A model generated the notes under the pieces. It did not search any database, had not been told where the DNA came from, and saw only the letters and a list, made by a program, of their open reading frames with translations. A stretch of DNA of 64,000 nucleotides from contig JBJEOE010000022.1 in assembly GCA_051880555.1 (NCBI GenBank), forward strand, positions 10,784-74,783, read 5' to 3'. The DNA comes from Acutalibacteraceae bacterium. GTDB taxonomy: Bacteria > Bacillota > Clostridia > Oscillospirales > Acutalibacteraceae. Shown piece by piece: positions 55,518 through 64,000 of this stretch. Each line of letters starts with the position of its first letter. Position 1 is the stretch's first letter. The position numbers were made by a program, and so were the translations under genes.

Positions 55518-56234
55518 ATGTCGGAGAAAAAAATGTCGAATAATGATGCTAAAAAAATCAATAAACTAAACGTAAAAGATTTTACTCTAATTGCTCTCGG
55601 AAAATGGTACATATTATGCATTATGCTTGCTGCCTGCGTAATCGTTTCAATAATTTACAGCTATCTCATAGTAACCCCGCTTTACGATTCAACAGGCAAG
55701 CTTTATGTTACAAATAAAAACTCTCAAACCATAAATACGGGTGATTTGTCGGTTTCCTTATTTCTTACAAACGATTATGTTAACCTTATCGTTGATAGAG
55801 CCGTGCTGGACGAGGTTTCACGCGACCTTGATTATAAGTATTCTTACTCTCAATTGAGGTCCGCCATAAGGGTATCAAATCCCGAAGACACAAGATTTCT
55901 TGAAATAATCGCCAGAACTCCAAGCGCTGAAGACTCCAAAAAAATCGTTGATTCGGTTTGCAAGGTGTCCCAAGAAAAGCTTATCGAACTGCTTGGCATT
56001 GACCGCGTTGTAATTATCCGAGGCGGTAACCTAAGTAATACCCCGTCGGTACCAAAAGTTTCAAAAAACATTATCGGCTCTATTGTTATAGCCGTCATTA
56101 TGTACTCCGCATTGATATGCGCGCTATACTTCTTGGACGATAAAATCAACAAACCTGAGGACATTGAAAAAATCCTCGGAATGAGCGTTCTCGGAAATAT
56201 CCCGTATAATCAGAGTAAATCCAAGGCAAAATAG
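55518..56234 (+). CDS. Polysaccharide chain-length determinant (Wzz/CpsC/YveK-like)
   Basis: An N-terminal TM, a periplasmic-type domain and a C-terminal TM. Followed by a CpsD-like kinase. Confidence 0.8.
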   Translation: MSEKKMSNNDAKKINKLNVKDFTLIALGKWYILCIMLAACVIVSIIYSYLIVTPLYDSTGKLYVTNKNSQTINTGDLSVSLFLTNDYVNLIVDRAVLDEVSRDLDYKYSYSQLRSAIRVSNPEDTRFLEIIARTPSAEDSKKIVDSVCKVSQEKLIELLGIDRVVIIRGGNLSNTPSVPKVSKNIIGSIVIAVIMYSALICALYFLDDKINKPEDIEKILGMSVLGNIPYNQSKSKAK

Positions 56235-56310
56235 TTTCTTCTCTCTCAATGACAGAGAAATTTTAAAAAAGATATTTCAAGGCAATCATTATTGTCGGAA
56301 AGGCAGTTAT

Positions 56311-57060
56311 ATGTTTATTGACGCTGACTTGATGAACAATACTAATCTATTCTCCGCCGGTAAAAGTGCGGGTAAGGTAAATTTTAACACCTCTTCATCA
56401 AACGATTATTTAACCAGCGAAAGCTTTAAAACACTGCGTACCAATGTTTTATTTTGCGGTGCAGATATAAAGACTATTGTCATTACAAGTTCAAGAGAGA
56501 ACGAGGGTAAAAGCACGATTTCCGCCGAGCTTGCAAAAAGCCTTGCCGAAACGGAAAAGAAAACCCTCTTAATCGACGCAGATATGCGCAAATCCGTTCT
56601 TTTGAGACGTAACAACGCGTCTCAAAACTTTTGTGGTCTTTCCGAGTTTCTTTCGGGGCAGACAAATCTTGACAAAGCCCTTTACAATACGCAAAGTCCG
56701 GATTTTGACGTTATTTTCAGCGGTCATTTTCCACCCAACCCTGTTGAGCTTTTAGGCTCAAAGCTTTTTAAACAGCTTCTTCTCGATGCAAAAGCCGTTT
56801 ATGACTATGTTATTATCGACGCTCCCCCGCTCGGAAGCGTTATCGATGCGGCGGTTATCGCCTCCGCCTGTGACGGCGCCGCAATAGTTATTACTCCGGG
56901 CAGGATAACCGTAAGTGAATGTGCTGAGGTAAAGGAGCAATTAGAAAAGAGCGGCTGCAAAATTTTAGGTGCTATTCTCAATGATGTGGACGCTAAACGC
57001 ACCAAGTATCATAGGAAGTATTATAATAAAAATTACGAATACTCCTCCGCTAAAAAGTAA
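56311..57060 (+). CDS. Capsular/exopolysaccharide tyrosine-protein kinase (CpsD/YveL-like)
   Basis: Walker A-like SSRENEGKST, Walker A' LLIDADMR and Walker B VIIDAPP. The C-terminus is Tyr-rich (KYHRKYYNKNYEYSS). Confidence 0.85.
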   Translation: MFIDADLMNNTNLFSAGKSAGKVNFNTSSSNDYLTSESFKTLRTNVLFCGADIKTIVITSSRENEGKSTISAELAKSLAETEKKTLLIDADMRKSVLLRRNNASQNFCGLSEFLSGQTNLDKALYNTQSPDFDVIFSGHFPPNPVELLGSKLFKQLLLDAKAVYDYVIIDAPPLGSVIDAAVIASACDGAAIVITPGRITVSECAEVKEQLEKSGCKILGAILNDVDAKRTKYHRKYYNKNYEYSSAKK

Positions 57061-57083
57061 ATAAAATAAACGCTTTATTCATT

Positions 57084-57123
57084 AACCCGCCCCGCGCTGT
57101 AAAGGCTGTCGGGGCGGGTTTTA
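57084..57123 (+). terminator. Rho-independent terminator after the tyrosine-kinase gene
   Basis: aacccgccccg-(15 nt)-cggggcgggtt followed by ttta. Confidence 0.7.
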
Positions 57124-57421
57124 TGCTAATATATAATATATCTGAAATCAAACAAACCGACAATCGAGGACGCCTACCGTTTTAGATGTTAGACGATAGA
57201 CATTAGAGGTTAGACAAAGAGACAACCAATGGTCGCCCCTACAAAATTCAAATGGTCTACTTAGGGACTAGCGTCCCCGACCGTCCGATTGTCTAATATC
57301 CGGCTTCTAAATTACGGAACGGATAAATCCGTTCCCTACGTTATATATTAAACATCTTAACACACAATTAAGCCTTCAAACAAAAAACCGCTCCGCTTTT
57401 TAATCAGCAGAACGGTTTTTG

Positions 57422-58339
57422 TTATTTAATTTCGTTTATATCATATGGAGTGGTCTGGTATACAAAGTAGTTAAGCCAGTTTGAATAAAGCAGATTCGCA
57501 TGTGCGCGCCAGGTTACAATCGGCGGGTTTTCAGGATTATCGTCGGGGAAATAGTTTTTCGGAATTTCTATCGGCTTGCCCTCGCTCTTATCGCGGAAAT
57601 ACTCGGCGGCAAGGGTGCCCGCGTCGTATTCGGAATGACCTGTAATAAAAATCTGTCTTCCCTTTTCGGTCATTGCGGCGTAGACCCCCGTTTCCTCGGA
57701 GGAGGCTAAAATCCTAAGGGCAGATACCGCCTTAATATCCTCGGTTTTAACTGTGGTGTGGCGGGATTGCGGCACCATAAAGGTATCGTCAAAGCCGCGA
57801 AGCAGTATAGACCGCTTGTAATCCGCTGTGGTCGGGAAAACCCCGAACAGCTTTTTATCAAGGGTGTGTTTCTTTATTCCGAAATGGTAGTAAAGCCCTG
57901 CCTGCGCGCCCCAACAGATGTGAAAGGTGCTGTGAACATGGGTCTTGCTCCACTCCATTATCTCGCACAGCTCCTCCCAGTACTCGACCTCCTCAAATTC
58001 CAGCAGCTCAACAGGCGCACCTGTAATTATCATACCGTCAAAGGTGCGGCTTTTAACGTCCTCAAAGGTCTTGTAAAAGGTGAAAAGATGCTCCGCCGAG
58101 GTGTTTTTGGAGCGGTGGCTCTTGGTGTGGATAAGCTCTAAATCCACCTGTAAGGGGGAGTTTCCGAGCAAGCGTGACAGCTGGGTTTCGGTCTCGATTT
58201 TTTTGGGCATAAGATTTAAAAGCAGTATCTTAAGCGGACGAATATCCTGAGTTATAGCCCGCGTTTCGGTCATAACAAAGATATTTTCGTCGTTAAGTGT
58301 TTTTACTGCGGGTAAATCATTTGGTATTCTAATAGGCAT
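57422..58339 (-). CDS. metA: Homoserine O-acyltransferase (MetA type)
   Basis: [23 protein letters not shown]...[10 protein letters not shown]...GAPVE. The start is set at the ATG at 58339. Confidence 0.9.
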   Translation of the reverse strand: MPIRIPNDLPAVKTLNDENIFVMTETRAITQDIRPLKILLLNLMPKKIETETQLSRLLGNSPLQVDLELIHTKSHRSKNTSAEHLFTFYKTFEDVKSRTFDGMIITGAPVELLEFEEVEYWEELCEIMEWSKTHVHSTFHICWGAQAGLYYHFGIKKHTLDKKLFGVFPTTADYKRSILLRGFDDTFMVPQSRHTTVKTEDIKAVSALRILASSEETGVYAAMTEKGRQIFITGHSEYDAGTLAAEYFRDKSEGKPIEIPKNYFPDDNPENPPIVTWRAHANLLYSNWLNYFVYQTTPYDINEIK

Positions 58340-58352
58340 AGCAAAACCTACC

Positions 58353-59642
58353 TTATTTACCAATGCAGTCGAGCGCCTGCTTGATATCGGCGATTAAATC
58401 CTCGGCGCTTTCAAGTCCGCAGGAAAGCCTTACAAGGTCGGAGGGAACGCCCGCCGCCGTTAACTCCTCCTCGGTCATTTGACGGTGGGTAGAGCTTGCG
58501 GGGTGCAGACAGCAGGTGCGCGCGTCGGCAACGTGGGTTTCGATAGCGGCGATTCTGAGATTTTTCATAAAGGTCTCCGCCGCTTTTCTGCCGCCCTTTA
58601 AGCCGAAGCTTACAACCCCCGTAGTGCCGTTCGGCATATATTTTTTTGCGTTTTCGTAGTATTTATCGCCCTTAAGACCGGGGTAAACGACATAAGCAAT
58701 CCTATCGTCATTATTAAGCGCGCTTGCAACCGCTAACGCATTTTCGCAGTGTCTCGCCATTCTTACGTGGAGACTTTCAAGCCCTAAATTTAGAATAAAG
58801 GCGCTCTGCGGCGACTGAACCGAGCCGAAATCACGCATAAGCTGAACGGTGGCTTTGGTAATGTAAGCGCCCTCTATGCCGAAACGCTCGGTATAGGTTA
58901 CGCCGTGGTAGCTGTCGTCGGGGGTGCAGAGCCCGGGGTATTTTTCAGGGTACTTTGTCCAGTCAAATTTGCCCGAATCTACAATACAGCCGCCAACCGC
59001 CGCGCCGTGACCGTCCATATACTTGGTGGTAGAGTGGGTTACTATGTCCGCTCCCCACTCAAAGGGGCGGCAGTTAACAGGCGTAGCAAAGGTATTGTCC
59101 ACAATAAGCGGAACGCCGTGGGCGTGGGCGGCATTAGCAAACTTTTCAAAATCAAGCACCGTAAGGGCGGGGTTGGCAATAGTCTCCCCGAAAACTGCCT
59201 TGGTGTTGGGTCTGAAGGCGGCGTCAAGCTCCTCGGCTGTGCAATCGGGCGAAACAAAGGTAAAATCAATACCCATTCGCTTCATTGTAACCGCAAAGAG
59301 GTTGTATGTACCGCCGTAAATGGTGGAAGAAGAAACTATATGGTCGCCGCAGGAGGCAATGTTGAATATCGCGTAAAAGGATGCCGCCTGACCTGAAGAA
59401 GTAAGCATAGCGGCGGTGCCGCCCTCTAACTCGCAGATTTTAGCCGCCACGGTGTCACAAGTAGGGTTTTGCAGGCGGGAGTAAAAATATCCGCTCGCCT
59501 CCAAATCAAAAAGCTTGCCCATATCCTCGCTTGTGGCGTATTTAAAGGTGGTGCTTTGGATTATCGGTATCTGTCTCGGCTCACCGTTACCGGGGGTATA
59601 TCCGCCCTGAACGCAAACGGTGTCCCTGTTCCAATTATTCAT
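58353..59642 (-). CDS. metY: O-acetylhomoserine (thiol)-lyase / sulfhydrylase, PLP-dependent
   Basis: Cys/Met-metabolism PLP enzyme pattern, with PLP-Lys context [11 protein letters not shown]. Confidence 0.85.
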   Translation of the reverse strand: MNNWNRDTVCVQGGYTPGNGEPRQIPIIQSTTFKYATSEDMGKLFDLEASGYFYSRLQNPTCDTVAAKICELEGGTAAMLTSSGQAASFYAIFNIASCGDHIVSSSTIYGGTYNLFAVTMKRMGIDFTFVSPDCTAEELDAAFRPNTKAVFGETIANPALTVLDFEKFANAAHAHGVPLIVDNTFATPVNCRPFEWGADIVTHSTTKYMDGHGAAVGGCIVDSGKFDWTKYPEKYPGLCTPDDSYHGVTYTERFGIEGAYITKATVQLMRDFGSVQSPQSAFILNLGLESLHVRMARHCENALAVASALNNDDRIAYVVYPGLKGDKYYENAKKYMPNGTTGVVSFGLKGGRKAAETFMKNLRIAAIETHVADARTCCLHPASSTHRQMTEEELTAAGVPSDLVRLSCGLESAEDLIADIKQALDCIGK

Positions 59643-59663
59643 ATATAAATCACTCCGTAAATA

Positions 59664-61448
59664 TTATTCGTCTTTTGCCGTCACGGCGATAGAAAGCTCG
59701 CACAGCTGTTTTTCGTCAACCTGTGACGGTGCGCCCGACATAAGCTCCGAGGAATTGGAGACCTTCGGGAAGGCGACCACGTCGCGCAGATTGTCACAAC
59801 CGCACATAAGCATTGTAAGGCGGTCAAGACCTATTCCCATTCCTCCGTGGGGCGGTGCGCCGAACCTGAACGCGTCGGTCAAGAAGCCGAACTTCTGATA
59901 TGCCTCCTCGTCCGAAAGTCCCAAAGCCTTAAACATATGCTTTTGAAGCTCGGGGTCGGTGATACGGATAGAGCCTGACGACAGCTCTATACCGTTAAGC
60001 ACAAGGTCATAAGCGTCGGCAAAGACCTTTTCGGGCGCGTTGTCGAGGTACTGTATGCACTCGTCAAGCGGCTTTGTAAAGGGGTGGTGCATAGCGTCCC
60101 AGTTGCCCGTTTCCTCGTTGTATTCAAAGAACGGGAACTCGGTTATCCAAAGGAAGTTGAACTGTTCGGGGATAATATCAAGCCGCTTTGCGACGGTAAG
60201 GCGTAAAGCCCCCAAAACCGAAAGCACGGTCTTTTTACGGTCGGCTACAATAAGGACAACGTCCCCCTTTTCAGCCCCTGTGCGCTCATAAATTGCCTTT
60301 AATTCGTCCTCGGTCATAAACTTTGCAAAGGAGCAGGACGGAGACTCGTCCACCCAGCGGATAAAGGCAAGACCCTTTGCGCCTATGCCCTTTGCCTCAT
60401 CGGTAAGCTTGTCAATTTCCTTTCTGGTATAAACGCTCGCGGCATTTTTGGCGGTAATTGCCCTTACCGTTCCGCCGTTTTTAACCGTGTCGGCAAATAC
60501 GCCGAAGCCACAGTTTTCGACAATATCCGACAAATCCTTTATCTTCATATCAAATCGGGTGTCCGGTTTATCCGAGCCGTAATTCTCCATAGCCTCGGTG
60601 TAGGTAAGGCGAGTAAGCGGGGTGGGAATATCCACGTCCAAAACCTCCTTGAACAGGCGCTTTATATACCCCTCGGCAATCTTGAAAACGTCTTCCTTTT
60701 CTACAAAGGACATCTCAAGGTCAATCTGTGTAAACTCAGGCTGACGGTCGGCACGCAAATCCTCGTCACGGTAGCAACGGGCAATCTGCATATAGCGGTC
60801 AAAGCCCGACAGCATAAGCAGCTGCTTATAAAGCTGGGGTGACTGCGGCAGGGCGAAAAAGCTGCCCTTATGAACGCGTGAGGGCACAAGATAGTCCCGC
60901 GCACCCTCGGGAGTAGACTTAATAAGGGTCGGGGTTTCAATCTCGATAAATCCGTTCTCGTCAAAGTAATCTCGGGTGACCTTTGCTATCTTATGGCGCA
61001 TTAAAATATTGCGCTGAAGCGGAGCACGGCGAAGGTCTAAGTAGCGGTATTTAAGCCGTAATTCCTCCTTAGCCGCCGAATCGGGAAGAATCTCAAAGGG
61101 CGGGGTTTCCGACTCGCCTAAAATTTTAAGCTCGGTTACCTCGATTTCAATTTCACCCGTGGGAATTTCGGTATTGAGAGAGGAGCGCATACGCACCTTG
61201 CCCTTTGCCATAACCACAAATTCACTGCGAAGCGTACCCGCCTTGTTGAAAATATCACGGTCGGTGGTATCGTCAAAGGCAAGCTGAATTATTCCCGTGC
61301 GGTCGCGCAGATCCACGAAAATAAGACCGCCCAAATCGCGCTGTCTCTGTACCCAGCCCGCGACCACTACCTCCGCTCCGATTTTCTCCTTAGTAAGCTC
61401 ACCGCAATAGTCGGTGCGCTTCAATCCGTTCATTCTGTCAAGCTTCAA
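59664..61448 (-). CDS. aspS: Aspartate--tRNA ligase
   Basis: 594-aa class IIb protein with an OB fold (VVVAGWVQRQRDLGGLIFVDLRDRTG), a QSPQLYKQ motif and motif 3 GGMGIGLDRL. Confidence 0.95.
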   Translation of the reverse strand: MKLDRMNGLKRTDYCGELTKEKIGAEVVVAGWVQRQRDLGGLIFVDLRDRTGIIQLAFDDTTDRDIFNKAGTLRSEFVVMAKGKVRMRSSLNTEIPTGEIEIEVTELKILGESETPPFEILPDSAAKEELRLKYRYLDLRRAPLQRNILMRHKIAKVTRDYFDENGFIEIETPTLIKSTPEGARDYLVPSRVHKGSFFALPQSPQLYKQLLMLSGFDRYMQIARCYRDEDLRADRQPEFTQIDLEMSFVEKEDVFKIAEGYIKRLFKEVLDVDIPTPLTRLTYTEAMENYGSDKPDTRFDMKIKDLSDIVENCGFGVFADTVKNGGTVRAITAKNAASVYTRKEIDKLTDEAKGIGAKGLAFIRWVDESPSCSFAKFMTEDELKAIYERTGAEKGDVVLIVADRKKTVLSVLGALRLTVAKRLDIIPEQFNFLWITEFPFFEYNEETGNWDAMHHPFTKPLDECIQYLDNAPEKVFADAYDLVLNGIELSSGSIRITDPELQKHMFKALGLSDEEAYQKFGFLTDAFRFGAPPHGGMGIGLDRLTMLMCGCDNLRDVVAFPKVSNSSELMSGAPSQVDEKQLCELSIAVTAKDE

Positions 61449-61505
61449 AATAGAACACCTCTTAAAAAATTCAAACAGGCGGCCGTCAAGACCGCCGATT
61501 GCAGT

Positions 61506-62813
61506 TTATTTTAATACAGAATCCGCAAGCTCCTCTAAGGCTGAGGAATTAATCGCCTTAAAAAGCGCGTCGGACAGGTCGGCTAAAGCGATTTCGCTTT
61601 TCTGACCGTTCTTCATATTTTTAAGCACCGCTCTGCCGGTTTCTAACTCGTTATCGCCCAAAACCACAGAAAACGCCGCGCCGATTTTATCCGCAAACTT
61701 CATTTGCGCCTTTAGTCCCCTGCCGCAAATATCGGTCTGAACCTTAAAGCCGTCCCTGCGGAGATTAGACACAAGCTCGGTCGCCTTAAGCGAAGCCTCC
61801 TTGCCCATCGCCGCGATATAAAGGTCGCAGGCGTTATTTTGCGGGAGGCTTGTCCCTTGAGCTTCAAGCAGAAGCATAATGCGCTCGATACCCATTGCAA
61901 AGCCGAGGGACGGAACCGACGGCCCGCCCATTTGAGCGATAAGCCCGTCATATCTTCCGCCGCCGCAGACGGTGGACTGTGCGCCTATATCCCCCGAAAC
62001 AAACTCGAAAACCGTGCGGGTGTAATAGTCAAGACCCCTTACGATATGGGGATTTACGGTGAATTTAATCCCAGCGGCGGTAAGATGCTTCTGCACCTCA
62101 TTAAAATGCTCGCGGCAGTCGTCGCAGAGATAATCGGTCACAACCGGCGCGCCCGCGGCAATTTTACTGCAAACGGGAGATTTGCAGTCGAGTATTCGCA
62201 TAGGGTTGCGATCAAGCCTGTCCTTACAGGTGTCGCAAAGCTCGTCAATATGCGCCTTAAAATATTCCTTAAGCGCCGCGACATAGTCCTTGCGGCACTC
62301 GGGACAGCCGATAGAATTGATTTCAAGGGAAATTTTTTCAATACCGACCGACTCTAAGACCTGACCCGCAAGGGCGATAACCTCCGCGTCGGCGTTAGGC
62401 TCAGCCGCGCCGATACACTCAACGCCGAACTGGTGGAACTCGCGCAGTCTCCCCGCTTGGGGCTTTTCGTAGCGGTAACAGCCGCCGACATACGCCGCCT
62501 TAACGGGCAAAGCGCCGTTTACAAGTCCCTTTTCAATAGCACAGCGGATAACTCCCGCCGTAAACTCAGGGCGAAGCGTAATTGAACGCCCGCCCTTATC
62601 GTCAAAGGTATACATTTCCTTTTGCACAACATCGGTTGTGTCCCCCACGCTACGCAAAAATACCTCCGTATGCTCGAATACGGGTATACGGATTTCATTA
62701 AAGCCGAAAAGGCGGGCGGTTTCAAGCATTTTTCCCTCGACAAACTGCCATTTACAGCTGTCGGCGGGCAAAACGTCGCCTGTACCCTTTACGGCGCGGT
62801 TAATTTCAGACAT
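61506..62813 (-). CDS. hisS: Histidine--tRNA ligase
   Basis: GTGDVLP..., RPEFTAGV, YRYEKPQAGRLREFHQ and GGGRYDGL motifs. Confidence 0.95.
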   Translation of the reverse strand: MSEINRAVKGTGDVLPADSCKWQFVEGKMLETARLFGFNEIRIPVFEHTEVFLRSVGDTTDVVQKEMYTFDDKGGRSITLRPEFTAGVIRCAIEKGLVNGALPVKAAYVGGCYRYEKPQAGRLREFHQFGVECIGAAEPNADAEVIALAGQVLESVGIEKISLEINSIGCPECRKDYVAALKEYFKAHIDELCDTCKDRLDRNPMRILDCKSPVCSKIAAGAPVVTDYLCDDCREHFNEVQKHLTAAGIKFTVNPHIVRGLDYYTRTVFEFVSGDIGAQSTVCGGGRYDGLIAQMGGPSVPSLGFAMGIERIMLLLEAQGTSLPQNNACDLYIAAMGKEASLKATELVSNLRRDGFKVQTDICGRGLKAQMKFADKIGAAFSVVLGDNELETGRAVLKNMKNGQKSEIALADLSDALFKAINSSALEELADSVLK

Positions 62814-62832
62814 AAAGAAAACTCCGAGAAAA

Positions 62833-63237
62833 TTATTTATTATTTTTTACAATCTCGCGCCAGTCAAGATCGCCGCGTTCAAGACCGTGGATAAGCATTT
62901 CAGCCGTCGCAATATTGGTCGCAACAGGGATATTGTGAACATCGCAAAGGCGAAGCAGAGCGCGCTCGTCAGGCTCGCTGGGTTTGGGATTTAAGGGGTC
63001 GCGGAAAAGAAGAAGTAAATCGATTTCATCACAGCCTATGCGGGAGGCAATCTGCTGTGCGCCGCCCTGAGAGCCGCCTAAAAATCTGATTATTTCAAGA
63101 CCCGTTGCTTCCGCCACTGTTTTTCCCGTGGCGCCCGTGGCAACGAGATTATACCTGCTTAAAATTCCGCAGTATGCTATGCAAAACTGCACCATAAGTT
63201 CTTTTTTTGCGTCATGAGCGATTAAAGCAATAGTCAT
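62833..63237 (-). CDS. mgsA: Methylglyoxal synthase
   Basis: [16 protein letters not shown]...LVATGATG...[11 protein letters not shown]...[13 protein letters not shown]. Confidence 0.9.
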   Translation of the reverse strand: MTIALIAHDAKKELMVQFCIAYCGILSRYNLVATGATGKTVAEATGLEIIRFLGGSQGGAQQIASRIGCDEIDLLLLFRDPLNPKPSEPDERALLRLCDVHNIPVATNIATAEMLIHGLERGDLDWREIVKNNK

Positions 63238-63250
63238 TTTAAAAATCCTT

Positions 63251-63982
63251 TCATATTTTTTTCAGATTCGGAAGTAGTATATTTTCATTCAAGAGCCGCC
63301 GCGCAATTCTTAAAAACGCCGCCATAGCCTTGCCGCGCGGTTTAACCCGATGATTCACAGACAGGAGCGCCAGTTCCTCGCTGTGCGGAATAACGCCCAA
63401 TAACTGTAGTCCCGAGCCGTCGATAATATCGTCGATATTACGGAAAATCCGTCTTTTTATCAGGCTGTAAACAAAATTGTTGATAATAAGACGCGACGGG
63501 CAGTTTATTCCGTTAAGCTTTCGGCTTACCGCGGCGGCGTCTCGCACCGAAACAGGGTCGGGAACGGCGACCGTTAAAAACAGCGTACCCTTTGGCAGAC
63601 AGGTATAAAGCGAAAAGTCCATTCCCGCAGGGAAATCAAAGATTACAACGTCAAATTCCTCCGCCGCCCGCTTTGCAAAGGCGGTAAATGAAAAGGCGTC
63701 AATCATTCCCGTATCGGCAGGAGCGGGAACAAGATAAAGCCCCTTTATATGCTCCGCCTCGTAGACAGCGTCGCCCATCTCCTTGCCCAAAAGAATATCG
63801 GACAAATCGAAGACCGCCGACTTATCGGCACCGAGCATTAAATCAAGACACCTGAGCCCCTCGTCCATATCAACAAGCAGAGTTTTCTTATTAAGCTTTG
63901 TAAAAGCGAACGCCAAGCCCACCGCTACGGTAGACTTACCAACGCCGCCCTTGCCGGACGTTACGGCATAGACCTGACCCAT
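63251..63982 (-). CDS. MinD/ParA-family P-loop ATPase
   Basis: Deviant Walker [11 protein letters not shown] and LLVDMD. 243 aa, shorter than canonical MinD. Confidence 0.75.
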   Translation of the reverse strand: MGQVYAVTSGKGGVGKSTVAVGLAFAFTKLNKKTLLVDMDEGLRCLDLMLGADKSAVFDLSDILLGKEMGDAVYEAEHIKGLYLVPAPADTGMIDAFSFTAFAKRAAEEFDVVIFDFPAGMDFSLYTCLPKGTLFLTVAVPDPVSVRDAAAVSRKLNGINCPSRLIINNFVYSLIKRRIFRNIDDIIDGSGLQLLGVIPHSEELALLSVNHRVKPRGKAMAAFLRIARRLLNENILLPNLKKI

Positions 63983-64000
63983 ACCCTATACTACCTCATT

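Overview
This 64-kb chromosomal window appears to come from a spore-forming Clostridia-type Firmicute. The spoIIIA operon, ECF transporter-truA synteny and a cohesin/dockerin pair point to an Oscillospiraceae/Ruminococcaceae-like organism, but that is only an inference. About two thirds is ordinary housekeeping. It includes spoIIIAA-AE, a maltodextrin-type ABC transporter with malQ, ppdK, clpE, cvpA, truA, ecfA-ecfA'-ecfT, glmM and ruvCAB. It also includes potABCD, sufC/sufBD, deoD, birA, a Wzz/CpsD pair, metA/metY, aspS, hisS and mgsA. I saw no rRNA, tRNA or CRISPR array. There are two accessory regions.

(1) 7.5-27.6 kb is bounded and interrupted by IS remnants. It holds an SPFH / zinc-ribbon / TPM trio that resembles Bacillus ydjI/G/H. 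It also holds two tandem cassettes with homologous ends and a shared promoter/operator motif, but different cargo. One cassette carries seven orphan small genes. The other carries a pseudo-receiver, a 1040-aa dockerin protein and a sortase-anchored cohesin protein with an unusual Cys/His-rich stalk. A pseudo-kinase + histidine kinase + LuxR-type regulator set lies immediately upstream.

(2) 27.8-30.5 kb is a sharply AT-rich insert of about 2.1 kb between near-identical 226/235-bp direct repeats, just downstream of ppdK. It encodes only a stand-alone DnaB-C-terminal-like RecA-fold ATPase and a small protein with a His-Me-finger-like motif. It is surrounded by iteron-like inverted repeats and a duplicated 169-bp polypyrimidine segment. 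I consider this the best candidate for an undescribed element, either an integrated mini-replicon/satellite or a two-gene defence module.

All functional calls come from reading the translations; no database search was run.
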